Below, one piece after another: positions 14,071 to 29,200 of a stretch of DNA of 64,000 nucleotides. Source of the DNA: the human T2T-CHM13v2.0 reference genome, Homo sapiens. The translations under genes were made by a program, and so were the position numbers. The stretch is taken from the NCBI RefSeq assembly GCF_009914755.1, contig NC_060930.1. The stretch is one strand, 5' to 3'. A model generated the notes under the pieces. It made no database searches and was not told the DNA's origin. It saw only the letters and a program-made list of their open reading frames with translations. Every line of letters starts with the position of its first letter. Position 1 is the stretch's first letter.

Positions 14071-15612
14071 TTTGTGTGTTTGTGTATGTGTGTGTGTGTG
14101 CATGTGTTATAAATATTTTTAATTTAACTTTTAAGTTCAGAAATAAATGTACAGGTTTGTTATATAGGTAAACTTGTGTCATGGGGGCTTGTTCTATGGA
14201 TTATTTTGTCACCCAGGTATTAAGACTAGTACCTATTAGTTGTTTTTAATAAATAAACAACAAATATAAAATGATCCTCTCCCTCCTCCCACTCTCCACC
14301 TTCTGAATGGCTCCAGTATATGTTGTTCCCCTCTATGTGTCCATGTGTTCTCATCATTTAGCTCCCATTTATAAGTGAGAGCATGCACTATTTGATTTTC
14401 TGTTCCTTTATTAGTTTGCTAAGGATAATGGCCTCCGGCTTCATCCCTGTTCCTGCAAAAGACATGATCTCATTCTTTTTTTATGGCCGCATAGTATTTC
14501 ATGGTGTATATGTACCACATTTTCTTTATCTAGTCTACTATTGATGGGCATTTATGTTGAGTCCATGTCTTTGCTATTGTGAATAGGGCTGCAGTGAACA
14601 TATGCATGCATGTGTCTTTATAATAGAATGATTTCTATTCCTTTGGTTATATACCCAGTAATGGAATTGCTGGGTCAAATAGTATTTCTGTTTTTAGGCC
14701 TTTGAGGAATCGCCGCACTGTCTTCTGCAATACTGGAACTAATTTACATTCCCACCAACAGTGTAGAAGCGTTCCTGTTTCTCCACAACCTCATCAGCAT
14801 CTGTTATTTTTTTGACTTTTTAATAATACCCATTCTGACTGGTGTGAAATGGTATCTATCTCACTGTGGCTTTGATTTGCATTTCTCTAATGATCTGTGA
14901 TGTTGAGCTTTTTTTCATGATTGTTGACCAAATGTATGTCTTCTTTTGAAAAATGTCTGTTCATGTACTTTGACCACTTTTTAATGGGGTTGTTTGCTTC
15001 TGATAAATTTATTTAAGTTCCTTATAGATGCTGGATATTAGACCTTTGTCAGATGTAGAGTTTGCAAATGTTTTCTCCAATTCTCTAGGTTGTCTGCCCA
15101 GTCTGTTGATAGTTTCCTTTGCTGTGCAGAAGCTCTTTAGTTTAATTTGATCCCATTTGTCAGTTTTTACTTCTGTTGCAATTGCTTTTGGTGTATTCAT
15201 CATGAAATCTTTGCCCAATCCTATGCCCAGGATGGTATTGCGTCAGTTGTCTTCCAGGGTTTTTATAGTTTTGGGTTTTTCATTTAAGTCTTTAGTCCAT
15301 CTTGAGTTAATTTTTATATATAGTGTAAGGAAGAGGTCTGGTTTCGTCTCCTGCATATGGCTTGCCAGTAATCCCAGCACCATTTATTGAATAGAAAATC
15401 CTTTCCCCATTGCTTGTTTTTTTGTCAGGTTTGTCAAAGCTCAGATAGTTGCAGGCATGTGGTCTTACTTCTGCATTCTCTATTCTGTTCCATTGGTCTA
15501 TGTGCCTGTTTTTGTTCAGTACTGTGCTATTTTGGTTACTGCAGCCCTGTGGTATAGTTTGAAGTCAGGTAGCATGATGCTTCTGGCTTTATTCTTTTTG
15601 TTTAGGATTGCC
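14071..15612 (-). mobile_element. 5'-truncated L1PA (older PA subfamily)
   Basis: ORF2 C-terminal peptides ([17 protein letters not shown]), 3' UTR; 16-bp TSD ttctcaagg(c/t)tatttc at 14055-14070 and 15613-15628. Confidence 0.95.
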
Positions 15613-16059
15613 TTCTCAAGGTTATTTCAATCATGGCTTTATATCATGATTTAGTCCACAGTGACCTTGTTTGTCTAACTGTCCCATGGGAAATCAAGTT
15701 TCTATTACATTGATTATATCACACTGCTAGAAGAATTCAGCAAGTAACCTAGATAACTTGAGAAGACACAGGCATGCCAGAGGGTAATAGATAAACAGCC
15801 CCCTTAAAAAAATTGGGCCATCTACCTTTGTGAAGTTTCTAGGGCTGCAGTGATCTGAATGAGACATATCAATATATGCCCTCTGAAGTAAAATCAAATT
15901 ATTTCATTTTGCGTGCATTACTACTATGAAAGAAGCACATTGCTTGGTATGTCTTATTAGATTTTGAAGGAAGCATATGTCGCATTGAGTGTGCTGTTCT
16001 TATCTCTAGATCACAACCAGAGAAAAATTGAGTTATAAAAATTATAACAAAAAATCTAA

Positions 16060-16880
<821 letters not shown>

Positions 16881-16899
16881 CACATCCAAAACAATAAAC

Positions 16900-19560
16900 T
16901 GAAAGCTGACTTTGAAATTAAGATAATAAGGTTATAGAGTACAAATATATGCAAATCCATAGTTTTATTATCCATAAGATGTAATGGGATATAATGAAAG
17001 GAAAGGACCCTTTGCAATAGCAACAACTTTATGAAAAAATTTTTGAAACTATTAAATGATGCAAAAGAAGGTTTGAAGAAATGGAAACATATACCATGTG
17101 CTTAGAAAGCAAGACTATATCATAGATACCAAGTTCCAAGTTAATTTATAATTCAAAAATACAAACCTTTGTTTTTTATTTATATGCTTTGTTTATTTTT
17201 GAAACTAGACAAGTTAATCTTTAAGATCATATGTAAAAATTAACAAACAAGAATTGTTAGGAAAGCTCTGAGTTAAAAAAGCAATGAGAAAGAACTAGAA
17301 GACTAGCCCAACCAAATATTAAAATATAAATGCCTCATTTAAAAAAGCAGTATGAAATTGACTATGAATACACCAACTAATACAACAAAATAGGAAGAAC
17401 AATAATAGAAATAAATACATGTGGGAATTTAGAATATAATAAAAGTAGTACCTCAAATCAGCAAGGAAGGAGATAGGTTATTCAATAAATATCATTAGGA
17501 CAACTGGAAGGTGATCTGGATAAAAAAAAGCTGGGTCTATATCTTGCATCTTTTACCCTGACATATTTTTACAAATGGCTTATCTTCCTAATATATATAG
17601 AGATCCTTAAAAAAGAAAGAAAACAATAACCTAATAGGAAAATAATGGCAAGAAAACGTGAATAATTCAGAGAAAAACAAAGTATCTCTTAAACAAATGA
17701 AAAGAATGCAACTTCAATCATAATAAGAAAAAATACAAATTAAAGCCACACTGAATATCATTTATATCTATTGGATTGTCATAACTTCTAGCCTTTGACC
17801 ACGCGTTGTATTGAATAAGAGTATAGACACTTTCATAATTGCTTGTGGAAGTACAAACAGGCACAGTCCTTATAGAAAGGAATTTGTCTATATCTTTTAA
17901 AATTGCAAATGCACAAATCATTTGACCTAGCAGTTCTGTTACTCAGAACTTATGCTAACTCCTGTTTCCACATATGTTAAGCTTATTAATTGCAGCAAAG
18001 TTTGTAATAGGAAAAAATGGAAACAATTGAAATGTTAATAATAGGAAACTGCTTTTAGAAATTATGATGCCTCCATTTAATGACTACTATAAAAAGGAGG
18101 AGCTGTAAAAAGAAGGAAGAAGAGAGAAAAGAAATGATGACATTCTGTGTACTGATATTGAAAATTTTCTAAAAATCTATTTTAAATTCTAAAAAGAAAT
18201 ATGTTGAATAGTGTGTATAGCATGCCGATTTTCAAAAAGGATGGGGGGAGATAAAAGAATGGATTTTTGCTTGTATACACATAAGAAAACTTTAGAAGGA
18301 TACATAAAAGTGTAAAAAGTTGTCCGTTTAAATGGTAGAGGGGGAAACGGGACTGATAAAATGGAAATAAGAATTGGTGGGAGATTGTTCATTATACATG
18401 TTATTTTTTTATTTTTGAAAAACCTAATAATATTACCTGTTCTAAAAAAGGTAGTTAATAATCTTAAAACTAATTCTTTGAGGAAGGAAAAGTATGTTAA
18501 AGAGGAAAATTTAAAAGGGATTGCAATTTATTCAGGAAATAATGACACAATACCTCATAATTAAACTTAATGAATGTGGCCAAAGCTGTACACACAAAAA
18601 ATGTAACCTTAGATTTTATTTTTATACAAAACTAAATGAAGAAAACAAACTACATATTCAGCAGAACAAGTAGAAAACAAAAACAAATCATAGAGAAATA
18701 TAAGGAAATAATAAAAATAAAAGCAGAAGTTAAATAAGCAGAAAAACAGCAAAATTGATAAATTGATTAATAAATACAGTATCTCACCTATAAAAGTGTC
18801 AATAAATATGCAAACTAATGACATGTTAACTGGAAAGAAAGAGAGAGAGAGAAACACGAATACTTGACAATATAAACACAGATAGGAAGAAAATGTTTAA
18901 TTACAGAACGTTTTTTAGCTTCATGGACACAAATTATTAGAAATCAATAAAATGTACAATTTTCAGGGAAAATTGATTCAGTAAGAATTAGAAAGCTTTA
19001 ATAAGCTTACATTTAGGGAAGACATTTTAATTTTTCATTAACTATCTCCAAAAAAGGAATTGGGTCCAGAGCATTTGATGAGCAAGTCCTTAAAAAATCT
19101 TTCAAACAACAATTCTTGTGTTATTTTAAATGTTCCAAGATTGCAGAATGATGAAACACTTCCCAAATTACTTTTCAAAGTTAATATAATCCTTATAAAA
19201 GCCAACAAAGAAAAAAATGTACTTGCTTTAACTAAAATATTGGCAACATAAATTCAACACTAAATACGTTTTCATGTCTAAATAGTTCTATGCTAAAAAT
19301 TCAAGGATGGCTTAATAGAATTTTCATTAACACTACTACCTCAATAATGCACAAAAGAAAAAAATCATGATATTCTCTATAGTTGTTCTAGGACATTTGA
19401 GAAAATTTAACATTGATTTATGATAATATTAGTGAAAGAAAAATATAAAAATATCCCATATCATTATAAGAAATAGCCATCTAAAACACCAAAGGCTTTC
19501 CCATTTAAAGTCAGAAATGAGACAAAAATATCCACAACACTGTTATTGTTCTTGTTTTTC
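16900..19560 (+). mobile_element. Ancient L1ME ORF2/3' fragments
   Basis: A-rich; aaatggaaacatataccatgt, ttattcaataaat..ggacaactgg, atgcaacttcaatcataataagaaaaatacaaattaaagccac. Confidence 0.7.
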
Positions 19561-19624
19561 TGAGGAGTTGGGGATGTCAGATCTAGCTTCAAATGAGTTA
19601 TATTTTTACCTTCAATGAAGCATC

Positions 19625-22600
19625 ATTTTTCCATTTTTAGTTGACATGTAATAATTGTGTATATTTATGGGATACAGTGTGACATTTTGATACATGTATA
19701 CGATGTATAATGATCAAATCAGGGAAACTGGCATATTCATCACCTCAAACATTTATCATTTCTCTGTGTTTGAACCTTCAAAATCCCCTCTTCTGGCTTT
19801 TTTAAAATATCCAATAAATTATAGTTAACTATATTCATGCTGCAGAGCTTCAGAACACCAGAATTCATTTGCCCTATCTAGCTGTAATTTTGTATCTGTT
19901 AACTAACCTCTCCCCACGCTCCCCTCCCTCTACCCTTCCCAGCCTCTAGTATCCATAATTCTAACTCTTTTCTTCCATGAGCTGAATTTTTTTGTAGCTC
20001 CTACATATGAGTGAGAACATGCAGTATTTCTCTTTCTATGCCTATTTCACTTAATGTCCTATAGGCTCATTTATGCTACACAGATGGCAGGATTTCATTT
20101 TTTGTGGCTGAATAGTATTCCCTTGTGTGTGCATGTGTGTGTGTGCGTGTGTGTGTATGTGTGTGTGTATACACCATATTTTCTTTATCCACTCATCTGT
20201 TGATGGACATTTAGGTTGCTTTCATATCTTAGCTATTGTAAATAGTGCTGCAATAAATATAGGGATGCAGGTATCCCTTCAATATACTGATTTCCTTTCC
20301 TTCAGCTAAGTACCCAATACTGGGATTGCTGGCTCATATGCTAGTTCTAGTCTTAGTTTTTTGAGATAGCTCCATACTATTTTCCATAATGTCTGTACTA
20401 ATTTACAGTCTCACCAACCGTGTATAAGAGTTACCTTTATTCCACATCCTTGCCAGCACTTATGTTTTGTTTGTTTGATAGTAGTCATTTCTAACTAGGG
20501 TGAGATGATATTTCATTGTGGTTTTGATTTGCATTTTCCTAATGATTAGTGATGTTGAGCATTTTTTATATGTTTGTTGCCCATTTGTATATCTTCTTTA
20601 GAGAAATGTTTATTCAGTTCCTTCGCCCACTTTTTAATCAGATTATTTGTTTCTGGTGTTGAGTTGTTTGAGTTTATGAGTTCACTGTATAATCTAGATA
20701 TTAGCCCATAGTCAGGAAAACAGTTCGCAAACATTTTCTCACATTCTACAAGTTGTCTCTTCACTCTGTTGTTTTCTTTGTTGTGAAGAGCTTTTTTAGT
20801 TTACTATAATCTCATTTGCCTATTTCTGCTTTTGTTGCATGTGCTTATGAAGCCTTAACCATAAAATCTTTACCTAAATCAATCTCCTGAAGCATTTCAC
20901 CTATGTCTTTAATTTTAATTGATTTTTGTATAGGTAAGAAATAAGAGTCTAGTATCATTCTTCTGCATATGAATGTCCAGTTTTCCTAGCACTGTTTATT
21001 TAAGAGGGTGTCCTTTCCCCAATGTATGTTCTTGGTGCCTCTATTGAAAATCAGTTGTATGTTTCTGGGTTCTATGTATGTTTCTGGGTTCTCTAGTATG
21101 TATGTTTCTGGGTTCTCTAGTCTGTTCCATTGGTCTGCATGTCTGGTTTTGTACCAATACAATGCTCTTTTGGTTATTATAGCTTTGTAATATATTTTGA
21201 ACTCAGGTAGCATGATGGCTCCAGCTTTGTTCTTTACGTTCACTATTGCTTTGGCTATTTGGGGTCTCTTGTGGTTCCATATGAATTTTAGGAGGTTTTT
21301 TTAAAAATCTATTTCAGTGAAGAATATCATTGGTATTTTGATAAAGGTTGCATTGATTCTATACATTGCTTTGGGTAGTATGATCATTTAACAATATTAA
21401 TTTTTCTAATTCATAAGTATAAAATTTCCATTTGTTTATATCCTTTTTAATTTCTTTCAAGTGTTTTGTAGTTTTTGTTGTGGAGTTTTCTTACTTCCTT
21501 GGTTAAATTTATTCTTATGTATTTTATTTTTTGTAGTCATTATAAATGGGATTGCTTTCTTGATATCTTTTTCAGTTAGTTTGTTATTGGTCTATAGAAA
21601 TGCTATTGATTTTTCATGTTGATTTTGTATCACACAACTTTACAGAATTTGTTTATCAGCTCGAAGAGTTCTTTGGTAGAGTCTCTATGCTTTTCTATAA
21701 ATAAGATTAGGTCATCTAAAAATGGGGACGATTTTATTTCCTCTTTTCCAATTTGGCTGCATTTGCTTTCTTTCTCTTGCCTAATTTCTCTGGCTATGAT
21801 TTTCAGTAGCATATTGAATAAGAGTGGTTAAAATGGGCATCGTTGTCTTGTTCCAGTTCTTAGAGGAAAGGCTTTCAGCTTTTTCCCATTCAGTATGATG
21901 ATAGCTGTGGGATGGTAATATATGGCCTGTGTTATGTTGAGGTATGTTCCTTCTAGGCCTCTTTGCTGAGATTTTTTTTTTACTTTAAGTTCTGGGATAC
22001 ATGAGCTGAACGTGCAGGTTTGTTACATAGGTAAATATGTGCCATAGTGGTTTGCTGCACCTATCAACCCACCACCTAGGTTTTAAGCCTCACATGCATT
22101 AGGTATTTGTCCTCATGCTCTCCCTCCCCTTTCCCTCCACCCTCTGACAGGCCCCAATGTGTGATGTTCCCCTCCCTGTGTCCATGTGTTATCATTTGTT
22201 CAGCTCCCAATTATGAGTGAGAACATGTGGTGTTTGGTTTTCTGTTCCTGTGTTAGTTTGCTGAGGATGATGGTTTCCAGCTTCATCCATGTCCCTGAAA
22301 AGGACATGAACTCATTCTTTTTAATGGCTGCATAGTATTCCATGGTGTATATGTGCCACATTTTCTTTATCCAGTCTATCATTGATAGGCATTTGGGGTG
22401 GTTCCAAGTCTTTGCTATTGTAAATAGTGCTGCAGTAAACATATGTGTGCATGTGTCTTTCTAGTAGAATGATTTATAATCCTTTGGATTGGCTTTGGTA
22501 GGGTAAGACTTTTTCTTGTGGGTGTAGCTATAGTGTTGCTTTGGTAGGATATTTTGGCTTTGATTCTGGGTGGCCAATGATTTATAATCCTTTGGGTGTA

Positions 22601-25050
22601 TACCCAGTAATGAGATTGTTGGGTCAAATGGATTTCTGGTTCTAGATCCTTGAGGAATCACCACACAGACTTCCACAATGGTTGAACTAATTTACACTCC
22701 CACCAACAGTGTAAAAGCATTCCTATTTCTCCACATCCTCTCCAGCATCTTTTGTTTCCAGACTTTAACGATCGCCATTCTAACTGGTGTGAGATAGTAT
22801 CTCATTGTGGTTTTGATTTGCATTTCTCTAATGACCAGTGATGATGAGCTTTTTTTCATATGTTTGTTGACCACATAAATGACTTCTTTTGAGAAGTGTC
22901 TGTTCATATCCTTTGCCCACTTTTTTTTTCTCAGCCCATTGTGGGCTGAGAAATACTTGATATAATTTCACTTCTTTTCAATTTGTTGAGAGTTGTTTTG
23001 TGGCCTAACGTGTGGTCTATCCTGAATAATGTTCCATGTGCTGATGAGAATAATGTGTATTCTGCAGCTGTTGGATAAAATGTTCTGTAAATGTCTGTTA
23101 GGTCCATTTGGTCTAAAGTGCAGATTAAATCTGTGTCTTTGTTGATTTTCTGACAAGATTAATCTGTCCAGTGCTAAGAGTGGGTTGTTGAAGTCCCCAA
23201 CCATTATGGTATTGTGTCTCTCTCTTTCTCTCTTTAGCTCTAATAGTATGCACTATCTATATCTGGGTTCTCCGATATTGAGTTCACATATATTTATAAT
23301 TGTCATATCCTCTTGCTGAATTCATTACTTGATTATTATAGAATGGCCTTCTTCATCTCTTTTTATGTTTTTTGACCCAAAGTCTGTTTTTTTCTGATAT
23401 AAGTATAGCTATGACTACATGCTTTTGTTTTCTAATTGCAAGGAAAATTTTTACCACTTCTTCACTGTCAGTCTATGTGTTTTCAGGTGATATGAATTTC
23501 TTGCAGGTAGCTTATAGTTGGGTCTTTTTAAAAAATCCATTCATCTATCCTATGTCTTTTAATTGGGCAATATAAACCATTTACATTCAAGGTTGTTACT
23601 CCAGTCATTTTGTTAATTGTTTTCTGGTTGTTTTATATAGCCTTTGATTCTTTTTTTCCTCTTTTATTGTTTACCTTTACAATTTGGTGGGGATTTGCAG
23701 AGTTAATATGTGATTCTTTTATCTTTCTCTTTGTTATCTTCTCTATCAGTGAGTTTTATATCCTCATATTTTTTCACAAAAGTAGATATTGTCCTTTTGC
23801 TTTCACATGTAGGAATCCCTTACCATTTCTTGTAGAACTAGTTTAGTGATCATGAATTCCCTCCATTTTTATTTGTCTAGGAAATAATTTATTTTTCTTT
23901 TATTTCTGAAGGATAGCTTTGCTGGATATAGTATTTTGCCTGGAAATTTTTTTCTTTAAGTACTTTTACTATGTCATCCCATTCTCTCCTGGGCTATAAA
24001 GTTTCTGCTGAGAAATTCACCATTAGTCTGATGGGGACAGTTTTCTCTTGGTGTTTTTAGAATTTTCTTTTTGTCTTTGACTTTTGGCCTCTGGACTATA
24101 ATATATATGAGAAAACCTTTTTGGATTTAATCTAGTTGGGAACTCTGAGCTTCCTGTATCTAAATGTCTGTATTGCTTGCAAGACTTGGGAAGTTTTCAG
24201 CTATTATTTTATTTAATAGGTTTTCTTTGCCTTGGCCCATTTATTCTCCTTCTTAACTCCCAAACATGAGATATTTGTTCACGTTATAGTGTCCCATATG
24301 TCACACAGGCTTTCTTCATTCTTTTTAATTTTTTATTCTTTTTCTTTCCTCTTTTTGTCTGAATGGGTTATTTCAAAAGACCTGTCTTCAAGTTCAAAAA
24401 TTCTTTCTTCGACTTGATCTAGTTCATTGTTGAAGATCTTGATTATATTTTTTTCATTCATGGAATCTTTCAGTTCCAGGATTTCTGTTTGGTTCTTATG
24501 CATGATATTTATCTCATTGTTCAATTTCTCATTCCAAACATAAATTGTTTCCCTGATTTCTTTGTATCATTTTTCTGTGTTCTCTTTCATCTACCTGAGT
24601 TTTCTTAGGATCAATATTTTAAATTTTTTTGAGGCATTTAATAATTTCTTTTTCTTAGGCGTCTGTTACTGATGAATTATTATGTCCTTTTGGAGGTATC
24701 ATGTTTCCTTTCTTTTTCATGTTTCTTGTGTCCTTACATTAATATCTGCACATCTGATGTAAAAGTCACTTTACAGTCTCTTCTTCCAATATTATGGATT
24801 GGCTTTGGTAGGGTAAGACTTTTTCTTGTGGGAGTAGCTATAGCATTGCTTTAGTAGGATGTTTTGGCTTTGATTCTGGGTGGCCATAGTACTGTAGTCA
24901 CCATACAATTTATTCAGCTTTGCCCTCCAGTGTGGAGTTCCTTCTGGCTTTGAGCTGATTCTGGGCCAGCTTCTTCTTTGCTTTTCTCTCCTTCTGTGCC
25001 TCAAAGGTTCACTGCCACTTCCCTGCTGAATTTCAGTGTTCTGTAAAAAT
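19625..25050 (-). mobile_element. L1MA/L1PB element (3' UTR to ORF1/5' region), interrupted by a younger L1PA and internally deleted
   Basis: ORF2 peptides ([29 protein letters not shown]) and ORF1 peptide (NQTEILELK...DQVEERIFELEDRSFE). Confidence 0.9.
21972..22929 (-). mobile_element. Younger L1PA 3' ~950 bp nested in the older L1
   Basis: [18 protein letters not shown]...WMKLETIILSKL; L1PA 3' UTR. Confidence 0.92.
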
Positions 25051-25879
25051 TTTTATTTGTTTTTAAAAAGTCTTATGTAACTATAGAATTGAAATTATTA
25101 ATGGAATAGAAAATTAAATGTAAGAAAAAGCAAGAAGGAAGCAAGACCAATATTTAGGAGGCAATCATCTCTCCAGATGACTCACAGAAGAGGAAATCTC
25201 AAGGAGTAGATTATTTTTAAGAAGTTTCTGGTACAGTTCCTCTGAGGTCCTGTGACTACCCCTCCCCCAGGAAATAACTTTTTTATTTAACCACTACATT
25301 GACATCTACAGAAGTTGACACCTGTAAGTTTTAGACATAAAATTGATTCAACTTACAGTGCAACAATTTAAATGTATGCATCACTGCTATATTGAAAATA
25401 TAATATGTCGTTAGACTTAAGACTTTCCTTTGTTTTGTCAAGTTTTTTTTTCTCATGGTGGGTTAGTTTGCTTTGGGAACCCCAGACCTAAACCTCAGCC
25501 ATGCTTCTGGCAGCACACCCAGCACTGTCTCTCCAGGTGCTAGGAAGGCACTAAGACACACCCACCCAGTCCAGGTGGGCTAACTCACCAACTGACCCAT
25601 CATAGCAACTTGGCTTGCCCAGCAGCATAGCCCATCCGGATGACTCTACCTACTGCTCTATAATCACTGTGTGGTGAGAAAAAAAAAGAAACTCTGCCTT
25701 GAAACCTCCTGTTCCCCCAACTAGTTCTCAGGAGAATGTTTGTGCTTTACTCTCTCTCTCTCTCACTCTCTCTCTCTTTCTCTCTCTCTCTGTGCCTATA
25801 TGTAAAGACTGATCTGCAGTCTGCCATCATAGGGAGAAATGTGCTTCTAGCCTCACCTCTGGAAAAAGAAAATTAATAA

Positions 25880-26240
25880 TTAATTAATTAAAGATCTTAA
25901 GATGGAGAGGTTATCCTGAATTACCCAGTGGTTCCAGTGTAATTACAAAGGTCCTTATAAGAGGGAGGCAGGAGAGTCAGAATGAGAGAAAGAAATGTGA
26001 TGATAGTAGCAGAAATCGGAGTGATGCAAGGAAGGGGCCACAAGCCAAAGAATGCAAGTAGCCTCTAGGAGCTTGCAAAGGAAGGAAAATGGATTCTCCC
26101 TTAGAGCCCCCAAAGGAGTACTACACTATTGACACTTTGATTTGAGGACTTCTGACCTCCAGAAATGTTAAGTAATAAATGTGTATTTTAAGACATTAAG
26201 TTTGTGATAATGTTTTAATAGCAGTAATGGAACTAATGTA
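25880..26240 (+). mobile_element. MLT1D-like LTR
   Basis: gttatcctgaattacccagt...ggtccttataagagggaggcagg...ggattctcccttagagcc. Confidence 0.8.
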
Positions 26241-29200
26241 TAAGAATTTTTACTTATTTATGTAGGCTACTCTTGTACTATGCTGAATAGTACATACAGT
26301 AATAACCATATGGTAATATCTAAAACTCATAACTGTGATTTTCTAATAATTGGGTGGCCAACAGTGTTGTCCCTCATTAAGCCAAAGCAATTATCCGGTG
26401 CTGACAAGCCAGTCAAAATCATTCAAATTCATGTATGTGATTGATTGAAATGGAAGCACTGAGGATCATTGAAGAAGTACCATGGAAACAGCATTTGCCA
26501 TTCCAAGATATTTAGATGCTTTCATGACTACTCATCAATGAAGTAATGAAAATTTTGGGAACAGATGATCATAATTTTGAGTACGGTTCAAAGAATTTTA
26601 AAGTAATGACAAATGTCTATGCTTACTATAGGGAGATTTGCCAGAAAGAGAGAGAGTTATCTTATGTCCAAGCTTTATGAAAAATATATATTTTTAAAAG
26701 CTCAGTCAAAACAGTCCATGCATTAAAATCCTCTCAAAGGAATTTCACAAGCATGTAAAACCAAACACAACAAAAAAGCTGTCTGAATGCTATGTTTGGT
26801 TTCACATACTTGCATAAGCATATTAATATTTAATGAAATTGTCTTAACATAGATGTATGTAAGAATGAAATTTATTCATTTTCAAACAGCACAAAATATT
26901 CTGGGCCCACAGCCCTGCATTCTGACTAGGCCAGACATCTTATTTCTTTATCCCACTCAGGTTTAATATTTAATCTTGGGTTTTTTGAAATCAAACTTCA
27001 AAACTCCCTCTCCCTTCTCTTTCCCCTTGGTCCCTGGAGAAGGAGAATGACTTACGCTTTCATAGCAAATGACATCAGAGGTGGTGAGTTCCTTCTCTGC
27101 CTCTTGGTCCAATACAAAGGGACCAACATCAAGTGCTAGCATTGTCTTTCCAGTGGGGATGATGAAATTGTTAGCTCTTTAGGGAGCTCCATGAGGGCCC
27201 ACCCTTGCACTGTCCTGTCCTCTTCTCCCTTAACGCCATGGCAACAAGCAGTCCACCCAAAAGTCTCTGCTTCTGATAAACCCAGACCATCTTCCATGGC
27301 ATTTACTCATCCCTCCCTGCCCAGCCAAGGGAAGATCACAGGCTGCCATAGGGCATGCTCACAGTTTCAGCAACAATAGCATCAACTGTTCTGCCAGCTA
27401 AGTGGCATCCCCCAGGTCCCAACCCTGACAGTTCTTCCTGGGGGTATAGGGAAATTGGAGAACACAGATTTCATCAGAACAGGGTGGAACACATTGAAAC
27501 TTCCTTGCTCCCTGCCTCCCAGTCTCTCCACCAAGGGAAGAGGAGGGAAAAGGCACTGTTCATGCTTTATGGACTCTGCTTCCTTCAGTGCTCCCATATC
27601 CTTGCCCTCTCTGTGTCCTTTATTTTATAAAACCCAAAAGAGTGGGGCTTAAGAAACTGGTTCTGCTGAATGCCTTATGCTAGCAAATCCCACAGTGGAG
27701 GACTGGCATTAAGAACCCATTTTTCTGCCCTTGAAAGGTGAGATATTTGGCAACTTTTATCCTGAACTATGGACTCTAGCAGGCTGTTCCAGGAAAGCAC
27801 AAATGTCCCTTATGACCACTTTATCACTTTTTAAAAATATTAATTTCATACTATAGTAGTCATTAATTTTTGAATTTTTGTATTGCAAAATGGTTTTCCA
27901 AGACAGATTCCCAATTTATAACATTTTGCCTCTAAGAACTAAATTTTCCATTTAAACTAATTCAACTTGAGACTGTAATCTTGGCACTAATTAAGTTATA
28001 ACTTGGGAGATCACTATATTGATTTCAAAACTCCAACTAAAGCTCTGGGATAAAAAGTTTTCTGAGAACTAGAAGTAATATAGATAAGGGGAGGATGTCT
28101 AAGACTAAACAGCTTTTCATTTATGAGAGATCCTAGCAATCTTCAGCATTTTTTTCTCACTCAAAGAATATTGAGGCAAAGTTCAAAGTATATTGTATCT
28201 GGGGAATTTCTGCTTCCATGTAATTCCTGCCAAATACTTGGGTCTGGATCACCACACACACACAGACACACACACACACACACACACACATGCATGCACA
28301 CATACATGACTATAAATAACTAGAAAAATGGTAAAATATAATAAAAAACAATTTTCAGACATTAATCAGAACTGTTTAGGCCTGTGATCTCTGAAGAAAG
28401 GGAAATAAACGATGTGAGCCCTCTGTGAGCACTGGCTTTTTGCCTAGAGGCAATTCCCAGATTATAGCACTAAGAGGAGAATCCCAAACAAAGCCTGGTG
28501 GTCTCACTGGGTTAAGGAGACCAAAGTTCAGGGAGACTGAAGTGACTAGAATTTGTGGTGAAGAGAAAGAGCTCCAGAAATCTGTCTGGCATCCCCTCTA
28601 GTCTTTGGCTGACTCAGTCTGCACATGAATTAGGTAAAACTCTACAATTTTGGGGAAAGAACAGTTGCTGAGGCACCATAAGCTGAATAAATAGAAGAGT
28701 TCCATAAGGCCAGAAACCATTCAAGTTACCACTAGCCAGAGTGAAGAGGGCTCATTGAACATACAGGGCATTCAGTAAAGACCCTGGAAGAGTCAGATGT
28801 TTGTTACAAATCTTGAGTAAAGGATACTCTAGACCCACTCTTAAAAAGCTTTAAAAGAAGCCTCAAAATTATTAAACTAATCTTTAGCAATTTAACCACC
28901 TGCCAGAATAAATCACAATTCTCTTTAAGGAAGACAAAAAAAAAAATCCAACACTCAAGACATAAAATTTATGCCTGGCATCCAGTCAAATTTCTAGACA
29001 TGCCAGGATGCAGGAGAACTTGCCCCAAAAACAGGGATAAAATTAATCAATAGAAATAGACACAGAATTGATAAAGGAGATGAAATTAGCAGACAAAGAC
29101 ATTAAAGCAGCTATTATAAATATATTTCATATGACAAGAAGGCAGAGGGAGAAATTAACATGTCTTGGAGACAAATAGAAGGTATAAAACTGTGAATAGA

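Noticed and set aside
21056-21122. Three copies of tgtatgtttctgggttct
   Set aside because: Simple slippage duplication in L1; not a spacer array
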